From NCBI RefSeq assembly GCF_055900595.2, contig NZ_CM148325.1: a stretch of 64,000 nucleotides of DNA. The stretch is one strand, 5' to 3'. Numbering within the stretch: position 1 is the first letter of the stretch; every line of letters starts with the position of its first letter. The notes under the pieces were generated by a model. It had not been told where the DNA came from. It made no database searches and saw only the letters and a list, made by a program, of their open reading frames with translations. Made by a program: the position numbers and the translations under genes. Of the stretch, positions 42,964 to 55,607 are shown in pieces.

Positions 42964-44454
42964 TCATGAACGGCTGTTTTTGTTCTGCTTATTGACATAT
43001 AAACGCTCATCGGAAGCTTTATACGCATCATGTAACGTATCGTTTTCTTTCATCGCATAAATACCGGAAGAGAAGCCGATCTCTTTCTGCGGCGCGATAT
43101 GTTGCAGACGTTTTTCGATACGTTCAGGCAGTTGTGCTGCAATTTGCGGCGTCGAATCGACAAGAATGATGCAGAATTCATCGCCACCGAGTCGGATGGC
43201 ATAATCACTTTTACGAATCGACTGTTTAATCGCCTGAGCTAATAACGTAATCGCTAAATCTCCTTCCTGATGACCGAGCGTGTCATTTATTTGCTTTAAC
43301 TTGTCCATGTCAATTGCAATAAACATCACCGAAGAACCAGATTGCACCAGTTTTTGCAACCGCTGCTCCAGTTCAGGGGTTAATATTTTGCGATTATACA
43401 GTCCGGTCATCGCATCACTAATATTTTCTCGCGACACATTTTGGTATAAACGGAAGTGCATCCGCACCATATTCAGCAAAATTAACGCCGTCAAAATCCA
43501 GAACAGAACGCTTTTCCACGAAGATGTGATAAAGTAAAGAATATCAATGGATAACGATACACGAATGCCGCCCGGTAAGTCATGGACGTAACTGACATAC
43601 TGGAACAGATTATCTTCGCTCTGGTTGATGATAATGTCGCGCCCAGAATCTGTATCGGTTAGCGTGACATTGAGAAAACGCCAGAGGAGAGGGCGGTCAT
43701 GCGTGTAAAAGATATTCCGCAGATTGTTTTTGTTAATATCCAGCAGCACAATTCCTTTTAGCTGCCCTGCAACATACACTGGCGTCAGCAAACTCATCAC
43801 GTTCTGTTTAGTACGCTGATCCTGGTAAATGCTCGATAATACGGTGCGACCGGTAAAAACTTTTTCAATATCTTTGCGATCGATGCCAATGCTTCCTGAC
43901 TGCAGGAAGGACCAGTTATTCATCGCAAAGTACTCAACATTAACCGGCTCATAAAAATAGACATAGAGGTCATTGAGATCGAGATAATAGTGAAATTTCT
44001 CTTCGGCCATTCCAAGACCTGAACCATAATCATCCTGGTGGCGGTTGCCTTCCACTGCCTGATCAAAAGCGGGTAATAGTGCTGCAGCTTCCACAATTGT
44101 GTCGCATTCAGTGGATGCGGTTTGTAGTGTACCGTGTAAGCCCGTGTACTTATGGGCAGTCAGGTTTAAGCCATGGGTATTATTGGCAGACTCAAAAGCC
44201 TCGCAGATGGTACGCCGCTGTTCTGGCGACACTTCCGACTGCTCAGCAGCGAGAGCGCGCATCACATGCGCGGCAATACTCTGATTTTGATACTTGTCAT
44301 AAAGAAAGGAGGAATCTGCTCTCTGCACGATATAGCGCAGATAGGCACTCATTGCTCTGTCGCTGGCGACAAGTTCAAAAATAAGGAAGGAAGATGTCAG
44401 CACAATGACACTTGCGGCGATAAAATGCCGGAGCATTCTATGGTGCAATTTCAT
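42964..44454 (-). CDS. dgcJ: diguanylate cyclase DgcJ (YeaJ), membrane sensor plus GGDEF
   Basis: Track ORF 42964..44634 trimmed to ATG at 44454 (MKLHHRMLRHFIAASVIVLTSSF...); GGDEF motif RLGGDEF; 496 aa. Confidence 0.88.
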   Translation of the reverse strand: MKLHHRMLRHFIAASVIVLTSSFLIFELVASDRAMSAYLRYIVQRADSSFLYDKYQNQSIAAHVMRALAAEQSEVSPEQRRTICEAFESANNTHGLNLTAHKYTGLHGTLQTASTECDTIVEAAALLPAFDQAVEGNRHQDDYGSGLGMAEEKFHYYLDLNDLYVYFYEPVNVEYFAMNNWSFLQSGSIGIDRKDIEKVFTGRTVLSSIYQDQRTKQNVMSLLTPVYVAGQLKGIVLLDINKNNLRNIFYTHDRPLLWRFLNVTLTDTDSGRDIIINQSEDNLFQYVSYVHDLPGGIRVSLSIDILYFITSSWKSVLFWILTALILLNMVRMHFRLYQNVSRENISDAMTGLYNRKILTPELEQRLQKLVQSGSSVMFIAIDMDKLKQINDTLGHQEGDLAITLLAQAIKQSIRKSDYAIRLGGDEFCIILVDSTPQIAAQLPERIEKRLQHIAPQKEIGFSSGIYAMKENDTLHDAYKASDERLYVNKQNKNSRS

Positions 44455-44634
44455 GATAAATGGCACTCCTTCGGTTAGTGAAACGAGAAAACCAGATAAA
44501 GTTCGATTGCGGCCTGGCACAGGGGCGCTAATTATACTCATCTCTGCGCCGCTGGGGAGGGGAAATTTAGGGGTAATAGTAATAAATTGTATGCAAAAGC
44601 CACGCAAAAAGCATGGCTCTGAATATTTTTGCAC

Positions 44635-46083
44635 TTAAATATGATGAATAATCACTTTGTTGCCCCCCTCGCTTTTCGCTTCGCGTAAGGCTTTATCTGC
44701 TTCCGTCATGACAAGCGAGATATTACGCGTGTCACCCGTTGAAAAAACCGTGCCAATACTGATGGTCATTTGTTCAGGAACATCATATCTGTTACTAAAA
44801 CCGGTCAGGAGTTCGACATTTTTACGCATACGTTCCGCAATGATTTTTGCCTGGGCACTATTGAGTTCGGTAAATAGCAAGCCAAACACCTCACCCTCCA
44901 GTCGCGCTAAAATATCATCGGGGCGGATGCTTTGCTGGATAATATCGACAATTGAAACCAGCACTTTATCACCCACACGATGTCCCCATTGGGCATTGAT
45001 GCGCTTGAACTGATTAATATCAACCAGCATGACACAAAAGTCCTTAACAACAGGTCGCGACAATAATGACTCTACGCTGTTGAAAAAGTAGCGCCGATTA
45101 TAAATATTGGTCAGTACATCATGAACTGCCAGTTTGCTGGAGAGTTGCAGTTCCTGAAAAATGTTATAAATCAGAAAAGACACAACAAACAGTTTACTGG
45201 AAACTTCAATCCCGCGACTGATATACCAGATGGTGTAATTATACTCATCCAGAGTCAGTAGAAGTAAGTTGCAGCATAGCGATGCCAGACATAATAATGC
45301 TATTAACGGCCATAGTTCGCTGGCTAATCGTGTACGCATGATAATAAAGAACAGTAAAAATGCCCACAGACAAACCAATATTTTTGTATAGTTGATTCCC
45401 CAGGTCGCAGTATGGTTGTCCGGACAGTAATCGACGACATACAAAGAATAGTCAGCGTTATAACTGCTCAGATTGTGTGCCAGAAGGGGAAATACTAAAA
45501 AAGGGATCAGCGTCAGTAACAGGATCCCCGTTTTTTTCTTATTGTTGTTAAGAATGTTGTCTTTACCATAACAAAAGAGCGCCAGCGAGGTTAAACAAAT
45601 AAAACTGAGTTGGCGGAAAATATAGAAAATAGAAACATCATTCGACTTTGTCTGGATCAGTGTACTGCCGTTGATTGGTTTATGGATAATTACAATGGTT
45701 TCAACTAAATAGATAAGGCCACTTAAAAATGCAAGGCTTAAAATGAGTGTTGGTAAAATTTGTTTGTTAGTGAAATATTTCATCAACATGAAAAGAAAAA
45801 TGACGGCGTTAAGGAAGAACAAAGCCACAACAACCATCAGGTAATTCATCTGTGGAATGAGTTTTACATTCGTGTTTTCGTTATATAAGGTGGTGATGCA
45901 AAATAAAATTAACGTCAGCAATAAGCTGAAAATAAAAAAGCCTTGAGCTTTTAATTTTTGTGTACCCATAGAAACCATAAAAAGGAGAGCAATGTGAGTG
46001 CTGGATTTTATTGATGGCAGAGATATATGGTTTTGACCAAGATCAATTTTCGGTAACGATGCAAAATAATTAAAGAATAACAC
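44635..46083 (-). CDS. cdgI: GGDEF-domain membrane protein CdgI (YeaI)
   Basis: 482-aa track ORF from GTG; multi-TM N-terminal region and C-terminal GGDEF-like domain (RLEGEVFG); strongly AT-rich; true start uncertain. Confidence 0.8.
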   Translation of the reverse strand: MLFFNYFASLPKIDLGQNHISLPSIKSSTHIALLFMVSMGTQKLKAQGFFIFSLLLTLILFCITTLYNENTNVKLIPQMNYLMVVVALFFLNAVIFLFMLMKYFTNKQILPTLILSLAFLSGLIYLVETIVIIHKPINGSTLIQTKSNDVSIFYIFRQLSFICLTSLALFCYGKDNILNNNKKKTGILLLTLIPFLVFPLLAHNLSSYNADYSLYVVDYCPDNHTATWGINYTKILVCLWAFLLFFIIMRTRLASELWPLIALLCLASLCCNLLLLTLDEYNYTIWYISRGIEVSSKLFVVSFLIYNIFQELQLSSKLAVHDVLTNIYNRRYFFNSVESLLSRPVVKDFCVMLVDINQFKRINAQWGHRVGDKVLVSIVDIIQQSIRPDDILARLEGEVFGLLFTELNSAQAKIIAERMRKNVELLTGFSNRYDVPEQMTISIGTVFSTGDTRNISLVMTEADKALREAKSEGGNKVIIHHI

Positions 46084-46255
46084 GGGTAAATACGTGTTGA
46101 ACGAAGCATTTTTCCGAATGATTGTTTTCTGGAACTAAATTGTGTAAAGGTTGTGCTGTTATATTTAAAGCGATTGTAAGTTAATGTATATAATAAATGA
46201 GATGATTTACAGTGTGCTAAAAAACAGCCAGGCGACGATGACCCGGCTGATAGTT

Positions 46256-47551
<1,296 letters not shown>

Positions 47552-47651
47552 CTACATTTGCCAACTGTTTGCTACGCCTGTGTTGCCGCTTCTCTGGCCC
47601 ACGGTTCGCTGTCGTTGTAGGCCCGGTAGCATGCGTACCGGGCCATGGTTG

Positions 47652-49586
47652 TTAAGACGATTTACGTACGCGCAAATACCATTCGCACAGTAAACGCACC
47701 TGTTTACGGGTGTAGCCTTTTTCCATCATACGGTCGACAAAATCGTCGTGTTTCTTCTGCTCGTCGGTTGACGTTTTGGCGTTAAACGAAATAACCGGCA
47801 ACAGCTCCTCGGTATTAGAGAACATTTTCTTCTCAATAACCGTGCGCAGTTTTTCATAGCTGGTCCAGTTCGGATTGCGTCCGCTGTTATTCGCTCTGGC
47901 GCGCAGTACGAAGTTGACAATCTCGTTGCGGAAATCTTTTGGATTACTGATCCCCGCCGGTTTCTCAATTTTCTCCAGCTCAGCGTTGAGAGATTCGCGG
48001 TCAAATAGCTGCCCGGTATCCGGGTCGCGATACTCCTGATCCTGAATCCAGAAATCTGCATACGTGACATAACGGTCAAAAATGTTTTGTCCATATTCAG
48101 AATAGGATTCAAGATACGCAGTCTGAATCTCTTTACCGATAAACTCGGCATATTTCGGAATCAAGTAACCTTTCAGGAACTCGAGATAACGCTCAGCCTG
48201 CTCCTGAGGGAACTGCTCGCGCTCGATCTGCTGTTCCAGGACGTAGAACAGATGAACAGGGTTTGCTGCCACTTCCACGTGGTCGAAGTTGAACACGCGA
48301 GAGAGGATCTTAAACGCAAAACGCGTGGACAGACCGTTCATCCCTTCATCAACGCCTGCGTAGTCACGATATTCCTGATACGACTTGGCTTTCGGATCGG
48401 TGTCTTTCAGACTTTCGCCATCATAAACCCGCATCTTCGAATAAATGCTGGAGTTTTCCGGCTCTTTCAGACGCGAAAGAATGGAAAAACGAGACAGCGT
48501 TTCCAGCGTGCCAGGTGCGCAGGGGGCGTGAGTCAGTTCACTGTGATTAAGCAATTTCTCGTAGATTTTGATCTCTTCGGAAATACGCAAGCAATATGGC
48601 ACCTTCACGATATAAACACGATCGAGGAAGGCTTCGTTGTTCTTGTTATTACGGAAAGTGACCCATTCGGATTCGTTCGAATGGGCGAGAATAATCCCGT
48701 TAAACGGCAGGGCGGAGATACCTTCCGTCCCGTTGTAGTTACCTTCCTGAGTGGCGGTTAACAGGGGATGCAGCACTTTAATCGGGGCTTTAAACATCTC
48801 GACAAACTCCATGATCCCCTGGTTGGCGCGGCATAGTGCACCGGAATATCCGTAGGCGTCCGGATCGTTCTGCGCGTAGTGTTCGAGTTTACGGATATCG
48901 ACTTTCCCTACCAGCGCTGAGATGTCCTGGTTGTTCTCATCGCCAGGTTCCGTTTTGGCGATAGCAATTTGTTGCAGAATTGACGGCCAGACCTTTACCA
49001 CCCGGAACTTAGTAATATCGCCACCAAATTCATGCAGGCGTTTTGCTGCCCACGGCGACATGATGGTGCCAAGATAGCGTCGAGGAATGCCATACTCTTT
49101 TTCCAGAATCTGCGCATCTTCTTGCGGATTGAAAAGACAGAACGGATGATCGTTGACCGGGCTCCGCTCACCGTTAGCGCTTAATACATAGATCGGCACG
49201 AGCTGCATTAATGATTTCAGTCGCTCAGCAAGCGATGATTTACCCCCACCCACAGGCCCCAGCAGATACAGGATTTGTTTCTTCTCCTCCAGCCCCTGAG
49301 CCGCGTGTTTCAGATAAGAGACAATCTGTTCAATCGCGTCTTCCATGCCGTAAAACTCTTCAAAGGCTGGGTAACGTGCAATGACCCGGTTAGAAAAGAG
49401 TCGAGAAAGTCTGGGTTCCTGGGCTGTATCGACCATGACAGGCTCACCGATAGCCATCAATAGCCGCTCAGCCGCGTTGGCATAAGCACTGCGATCTTGC
49501 CGACAAGTGGTAAGAAACTCCTGCAGTGTGAACTCTTCGTTCTTGGCAGCTTCATATCGCTGGCGATAGTGATCGAATATATTCAT
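47652..49586 (-). CDS. yeaG: PrkA-family serine protein kinase YeaG
   Basis: 644-aa ORF MNIFDHYRQRYEAAKNEEFTLQEFLTTCRQDRSAYANAAERLL..., Walker A-like LLGPVGGGKSS. Confidence 0.95.
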   Translation of the reverse strand: MNIFDHYRQRYEAAKNEEFTLQEFLTTCRQDRSAYANAAERLLMAIGEPVMVDTAQEPRLSRLFSNRVIARYPAFEEFYGMEDAIEQIVSYLKHAAQGLEEKKQILYLLGPVGGGKSSLAERLKSLMQLVPIYVLSANGERSPVNDHPFCLFNPQEDAQILEKEYGIPRRYLGTIMSPWAAKRLHEFGGDITKFRVVKVWPSILQQIAIAKTEPGDENNQDISALVGKVDIRKLEHYAQNDPDAYGYSGALCRANQGIMEFVEMFKAPIKVLHPLLTATQEGNYNGTEGISALPFNGIILAHSNESEWVTFRNNKNNEAFLDRVYIVKVPYCLRISEEIKIYEKLLNHSELTHAPCAPGTLETLSRFSILSRLKEPENSSIYSKMRVYDGESLKDTDPKAKSYQEYRDYAGVDEGMNGLSTRFAFKILSRVFNFDHVEVAANPVHLFYVLEQQIEREQFPQEQAERYLEFLKGYLIPKYAEFIGKEIQTAYLESYSEYGQNIFDRYVTYADFWIQDQEYRDPDTGQLFDRESLNAELEKIEKPAGISNPKDFRNEIVNFVLRARANNSGRNPNWTSYEKLRTVIEKKMFSNTEELLPVISFNAKTSTDEQKKHDDFVDRMMEKGYTRKQVRLLCEWYLRVRKSS

Positions 49587-50021
49587 GGTATGCCGTCCTT
49601 TCGTTTTTTAGCACAGGTTAAGAGCCGTTCATATGAATAGTAGAGGCTCCCGGAAGAGGTAAACTGAACGACGTCTCTTGCTAAAACACAGCAACTCTCA
49701 TGCCATTTTATCGACGATGAGAACAACGTGCCCGGTGATACACCTTCAAAATTAAGCGTAGATGGCAAATGGAAAACTTGCCTGCACGGCTTTCTTAATT
49801 TCAATGGCATATCAACAACTCATCCATAAAATTTGCATAATTAATGTAAAGACCAGGGTCGCCAGTAACGCGTAATTCATTTGGCTGTAAGCGTGGTGTC
49901 ATCTGCGTCAGGAAAATTAAACAGTTACTTTAAAAAATGAAAACGTAAAAAGGTTGGGTTTCGATGTATTGACGGGTAAACTTTGTCGCCCGCTAAACAT
50001 TTGTTTAAGGAATGATTAATT

Positions 50022-50768
50022 GTGACCAAACTCAAACTTCTGGCACTTGGAGTGCTTATCGCAACGTCTGCAGGCGTAGCGCACGCTGAAGGTAAATTTT
50101 CCCTGGGCGCAGGCGTAGGTGTCGTTGAACACCCATATAAAGATTACGATACCGATGTTTACCCAGTACCGGTAATCAACTATGAAGGCGATAACTTCTG
50201 GTTCCGTGGCTTAGGTGGTGGTTACTACCTGTGGAATGACGCAACGGATAAACTTTCAATTACCGCTTACTGGTCGCCGCTTTACTTCAAAGCTAAAGAC
50301 AGTGGCGATCACCAAATGCGTCACCTGGATGACCGTAAGAGCACCATGATGGCTGGTCTGTCTTATGCTCACTTTACCCAGTACGGTTACCTGCGTACCA
50401 CCCTGGCTGGCGATACCCTGGATAACAGCAACGGCATCGTCTGGGATATGGCCTGGTTGTATCGTTACACCAACGGTGGCCTGACCGTGACTCCGGGTAT
50501 TGGTGTGCAGTGGAACAGCGAAAACCAGAACGAATACTATTATGGCGTATCGCGTAAAGAGTCTGCGCGCAGCGGTCTGCGTGGCTATAACCCGAATGAC
50601 AGCTGGAACCCTTACCTGGAGCTAAGTGCCAGCTACAACTTCCTCGGCGACTGGAGTGTTTACGGCACCGCACGCTACACTCGTCTGTCTGATGAAGTTA
50701 CTGACAGCCCAATGGTGGATAAATCCTGGACTGGCCTGATTTCTACCGGGATCACCTACAAATTCTGA
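50022..50768 (+). CDS. mipA: MltA-interacting outer-membrane protein MipA
   Basis: 248-aa ORF with signal peptide MTKLKLLALGVLIATSAGVAHA and C-terminal ...ITYKF. Confidence 0.92.
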   Translation: MTKLKLLALGVLIATSAGVAHAEGKFSLGAGVGVVEHPYKDYDTDVYPVPVINYEGDNFWFRGLGGGYYLWNDATDKLSITAYWSPLYFKAKDSGDHQMRHLDDRKSTMMAGLSYAHFTQYGYLRTTLAGDTLDNSNGIVWDMAWLYRYTNGGLTVTPGIGVQWNSENQNEYYYGVSRKESARSGLRGYNPNDSWNPYLELSASYNFLGDWSVYGTARYTRLSDEVTDSPMVDKSWTGLISTGITYKF

Positions 50769-50857
50769 TAATGCATCTTTCCAGGGCATTTTGTGCATAA
50801 AAACAGGGCGTAATGCCCTGTTTTGCATTACGGTGGTGCAATACCTGGGAGGAAACA

Positions 50858-51712
50858 ATGCAACAAAAAATGATTCAATTTAGTGGCGATGTCTCACTGC
50901 CAGCCATAGGGCAGGGAACATGGTATATGGGCGAAGATGCCAGTCAGCGTAAAACAGAAGTTGCTGCACTACGCGCGGGCATTGAACTCGGTTTAACCCT
51001 CATTGATACCGCCGAAATGTATGCCGATGGTGGTGCCGAAAAGGTGGTTGGGGAAGCATTAACCGGTCTGCGTGAGAACGTCTTTCTCGTCTCTAAAGTC
51101 TATCCGTGGAATGCTGGCGGGCAAAAAGCGATAAATGCATGCGAAGCCAGTTTACGCCGTCTCAATACTGATTATCTCGATCTCTACCTATTACACTGGT
51201 CTGGCAGTTTCGCTCTCGAAGAGACTGTCGCAGCGATGGAAAAATTGATCGCCCAGGGAAAAATCCGCCGCTGGGGCGTTTCTAACCTTGATTATGCCGA
51301 TATGCAGGAACTCTGGCAGCTGCCGGGGGGAAATCAGTGTGCCACTAATCAGGTGCTTTACCATCTCGGTTCACGAGGGATTGAGTACGATCTACTTCCC
51401 TGGTGCCAGAAACAGCAGATGCCGGTGATGGCTTACAGTCCATTAGCCCAGGCCGGGCGGTTGCGCAATGGACTGTTAAAAAATGCGGTAGTCAACGAAA
51501 TTGCACATGCTCACAATATCAGTGCGGCACAAGTATTGTTGGCGTGGGTAATCAGCCATCAGGGTGTGATGGCGATTCCAAAAGCGGCAACTGTCGCACA
51601 TGTCCAACAAAATGCGGCTGTGCTTGAGGTTGAACTTTCGTCAGCGGAATTAGTTATGCTGGATAAAGCGTATCCGGCACCAAAAGGAAAAACTGCGCTG
51701 GATATGGTGTGA
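50858..51712 (+). CDS. yeaE: aldo-keto reductase YeaE
   Basis: Track ORF 50813..51712 trimmed to ATG at 50858 (MQQKMIQFSGDVSLPAIGQGTWYMGEDA...); GGAGGA Shine-Dalgarno upstream. Confidence 0.9.
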   Translation: MQQKMIQFSGDVSLPAIGQGTWYMGEDASQRKTEVAALRAGIELGLTLIDTAEMYADGGAEKVVGEALTGLRENVFLVSKVYPWNAGGQKAINACEASLRRLNTDYLDLYLLHWSGSFALEETVAAMEKLIAQGKIRRWGVSNLDYADMQELWQLPGGNQCATNQVLYHLGSRGIEYDLLPWCQKQQMPVMAYSPLAQAGRLRNGLLKNAVVNEIAHAHNISAAQVLLAWVISHQGVMAIPKAATVAHVQQNAAVLEVELSSAELVMLDKAYPAPKGKTALDMV

Positions 51713-51762
51713 TGTTGATACGTGCCGGATGCATCGCACCCGGCACACAATATTAACGCAAA

Positions 51763-52647
51763 TTAACGTTTCGCAACGCGAATGGATTGCGCCAGATGTG
51801 CAGGTTTCTCTTTGGTGACTTTTTGCGTTTCTGAAGCGTATGCCGTTTCTACACAAACAAAGGTCTTGTAGCCATCATCCGGCATATCGCCCATGCTAAC
51901 TGAAAGCGCCGGTCCTGGGTTCCAGCCTACAACGTTCAGATGATGCTGGTGGCCTACGGCGATAATACGATTCAGCGCTTCGTCATTAATTACGCTGCAA
52001 TCTTGCGGATTCAGATACACGCGATCGGTACGGTCAGGGAAGGTCTGAATACCGTCGGTCAGTACATCTTCTTTCGCGTCATTTACTTTATCAATGAAGC
52101 GATCGCCTAGTCCACTGACGCTTACCTTAGCGATATCACCCACGTTAAAGTAGGTATGCAGAGCAGAGGTAGTTTCAAATTCGCCGTGTGCTTCAAGATC
52201 GATTTCACAGGTTTTACCCACGTGGAAATGCGCTAACAGCGTAAAGTCGTGCGGCCAGAATTTTTTCGTCTCTTCGCTTTGTGTCAATTCAAAAGTCAGC
52301 GCTACACCATCAGCATCTTCACGATGTGATTTCAGCGTCCACGGCAGGTTGCGGGCAAAACCGTGCGCAGGCAGACCTTGTTGTGCAGCCGGACCAAACC
52401 ACGGCCAGCAAACCGGTATGCCACCGCGAATGGCGACGCCATTTTTGAACGGTGTGTTGTTACTCAACCACAGAACTTCTTCTTCACCCGCAGGTTTCCA
52501 CGAGAGAAGGTGTGCGCCCTGTAATGCAAAAGAGGCTTTTACCTGGGGATGATCGACCACAATGAGGTCCAGTTCATCCAGTTTACGACGGGAGAGGACA
52601 GGGGAGATTTGTTCGATGACCGGAAGGGCAAAAATTTTCTTAATCAT
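51763..52647 (-). CDS. yeaD: putative glucose-6-phosphate 1-epimerase YeaD
   Basis: Track ORF 51763..52668 trimmed to ATG at 52647 (MIKKIFALPVIEQISPVLSRRKLDELDLIVVDHPQ...). Confidence 0.9.
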   Translation of the reverse strand: MIKKIFALPVIEQISPVLSRRKLDELDLIVVDHPQVKASFALQGAHLLSWKPAGEEEVLWLSNNTPFKNGVAIRGGIPVCWPWFGPAAQQGLPAHGFARNLPWTLKSHREDADGVALTFELTQSEETKKFWPHDFTLLAHFHVGKTCEIDLEAHGEFETTSALHTYFNVGDIAKVSVSGLGDRFIDKVNDAKEDVLTDGIQTFPDRTDRVYLNPQDCSVINDEALNRIIAVGHQHHLNVVGWNPGPALSVSMGDMPDDGYKTFVCVETAYASETQKVTKEKPAHLAQSIRVAKR

Positions 52648-52678
52648 GACGCAGTCCTTTAACTTCATTTTATCAGGT

Positions 52679-52710
52679 AAAAAAAAGAGCGACCGAAGTC
52701 GCTCTTTTTA
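52679..52710 (-). terminator. intrinsic terminator downstream of gapA
   Basis: stem aagagcgac / gtcgctctt with CGAA loop, flanked by A-run and T-run (bidirectional geometry). Confidence 0.8.
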
Positions 52711-52730
52711 GATCACAGTGTCATCTCAAC

Positions 52731-53738
<1,008 letters not shown>

Positions 53739-54067
53739 CTATTTGTTAGTGAATAAAAGGTTGCCTGTAAAATTACAAAAACCTTACGCAGCGTCAAGCG
53801 GAATCGTGTCAATCATTGCGACAAATCAATCCTGTGCCTAAGCATTATGCGACTGACTCGCCTCACTCTTCCTTTGGGCTTGAGACCACATGGGGTCGGC
53901 GCCCCGAATTTTAAAGGGCAATTACGATAAAAATGTGATTTTCATCACGATTTAGGTGCAGCTATTTCGTCGAGATCAAGTTTAGGACAAAATTTTGCCA
54001 GTTGGTGTTAATGTTTTGTTAGAATCAGTCGCGTAATGTGAGCACGATTAAAGTGAGATGTGAGCAA

Positions 54068-54481
54068 ATGGCTAATAAACCTTCGGCAGAAGAACTGAAA
54101 AAAAATTTGTCCGAGATGCAGTTCTACGTGACGCAGAATCATGGGACAGAGCCGCCATTTACGGGTCGTTTACTGCATAACAAGCGTGACGGCGTATATC
54201 ACTGTTTGATCTGCGATGCCCCGCTGTTTCATTCCCAAACCAAGTATGATTCCGGCTGTGGCTGGCCCAGTTTCTACGAACCGGTGAGTGAAGAATCCAT
54301 TCGTTATATCAAAGACTTGTCACATGGAATGCAGCGCATAGAAATTCGTTGCGGTAACTGTGATGCCCATCTGGGGCATGTCTTCCCCGACGGGCCGCAG
54401 CCAACGGGTGAACGTTATTGTGTTAACTCAGCCTCTTTACGCTTTACCGATGGCGAAAACGGCGAAGAAATCAACGGTTGA
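54068..54481 (+). CDS. msrB: peptide methionine sulfoxide reductase MsrB
   Basis: Track ORF 54038..54481 trimmed to ATG at 54068 ([33 protein letters not shown]...); CxxC zinc pairs present. Confidence 0.93.
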
Positions 54482-54522
54482 AAAAACGATTCAGCAACTT
54501 ATTCCACAGGAGCGGAAAAATT

Positions 54523-54795
54523 ATGAATCTTGATGACATTATCAACAGCATGACGCCTGATGTATACCAGCGTTTGTCGACTGCCGTTGAGCTGGGGAAA
54601 TGGCCCGATGGCGTTGCGCTGACCGAGGAACAAAAAGAGAACTGCCTACAGCTGGTGATGCTGTGGCAAGCCCGCCATAATACCGAAGCACAGCATATGA
54701 CAATTGACACACATGGTCAGATGGTTATGAAGAGCAAACAACAGTTAAAAGAAGATTTTGGTATCTCAGCAAAGCCTATTGCCATGTTTAAGTGA
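54523..54795 (+). CDS. yeaC: DUF1315 protein YeaC
   Basis: Track ORF 54478..54795 trimmed to ATG at 54523 (MNLDDIINSMTPDVYQRLSTAVELGKWPDG...). Confidence 0.88.
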   Translation: MNLDDIINSMTPDVYQRLSTAVELGKWPDGVALTEEQKENCLQLVMLWQARHNTEAQHMTIDTHGQMVMKSKQQLKEDFGISAKPIAMFK

Positions 54796-54901
54796 ATGAG
54801 TTGTCTAGTATTTAAGCCTGTTATTAAGGGAGGGCAAATAGACTTGTTCGGACGTCGTGTTTTAGCTGCAAGTAGGTTAAATGCAACACTGACAAGTATT
54901 A

Positions 54902-54938
54902 TCTGGCCTACAATGTCATTGAGGAAATGTAGGCCAGA
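54902..54938. repeat. 11-bp perfect inverted repeat in the yeaC-pncA junction
   Basis: tctggcctaca ... (15-nt loop) ... tgtaggccaga; no adjacent U-run on either strand. Confidence 0.6.
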
Positions 54939-54955
54939 GATGAATCCAACTAATA

Positions 54956-55597
54956 TTACTCCTGCGTCTCTTCCCAGTCTGCAAGCGTATATAGCGTTGC
55001 CCCAGCTGCTGACATCTCCATAAACGCGTGCGCACTGTCCTGTGGCTGGATATTCACGCCACGACAACCATCGGTAATCACATTAACCTTATAACCTAAC
55101 TGTAACGCGTCCAGCACGGTAAACTTCACGCAATAGTCAGTAGCCAGGCCCATAATGATCAATTCATCGATTTCATGATCGCGTAACCAGTCATCGAGCG
55201 TGGTTTTCTGCCGACGGCCGTTATCAAAAAAGGCACTGTAACTGTCAACTAAAGGATTTTCGCCTTTATGGAACACCGCTGCGATCGCTTTTTGGTTCAG
55301 TAACGGATGTAATTGTGCGCCTTCACTGTTCTGCACACAGTGATCTGGCCAGAAGGTTTGTGGCAAACCGTCGATTTGGCCTGGCGTATAAGGCTCTACA
55401 CCGTGCTGACTGGCAAAACTGCCGTGATTCGCCGGGTGCCAGTCTTGACTGGCGATAACCGCTTCACCGCGTGACTGGCACCAGTCAATCAGGCGGTTAG
55501 CGACATCCACCGTACTGTCACCTTCCGGCACGGCGAGCGCGCCACCAGCACAGAAATCATTTTGTAAATCGACCAGTAACAGGGCGCGAGGGGGCAT
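54956..55597 (-). CDS. pncA: nicotinamidase/pyrazinamidase PncA
   Basis: Track ORF 54956..55615 trimmed to ATG at 55597 (MPPRALLLVDLQNDFCAGGALAV...). Confidence 0.93.
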   Translation of the reverse strand: MPPRALLLVDLQNDFCAGGALAVPEGDSTVDVANRLIDWCQSRGEAVIASQDWHPANHGSFASQHGVEPYTPGQIDGLPQTFWPDHCVQNSEGAQLHPLLNQKAIAAVFHKGENPLVDSYSAFFDNGRRQKTTLDDWLRDHEIDELIIMGLATDYCVKFTVLDALQLGYKVNVITDGCRGVNIQPQDSAHAFMEMSAAGATLYTLADWEETQE

Positions 55598-55607
55598 TGC
55601 AGTCTCC

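Noticed and set aside
48087-48761. 224-aa plus-strand ORF
   Set aside because: Entirely antisense to yeaG; no recognisable product.
54717-55067. Two ORFs at the yeaC-pncA junction (54796..55023 plus, 75 aa; 54717..55067 minus, 116 aa)
   Set aside because: Both overlap the 3' ends of yeaC or pncA, have no recognisable product, and span a hairpin-containing intergenic region; treated as non-coding.
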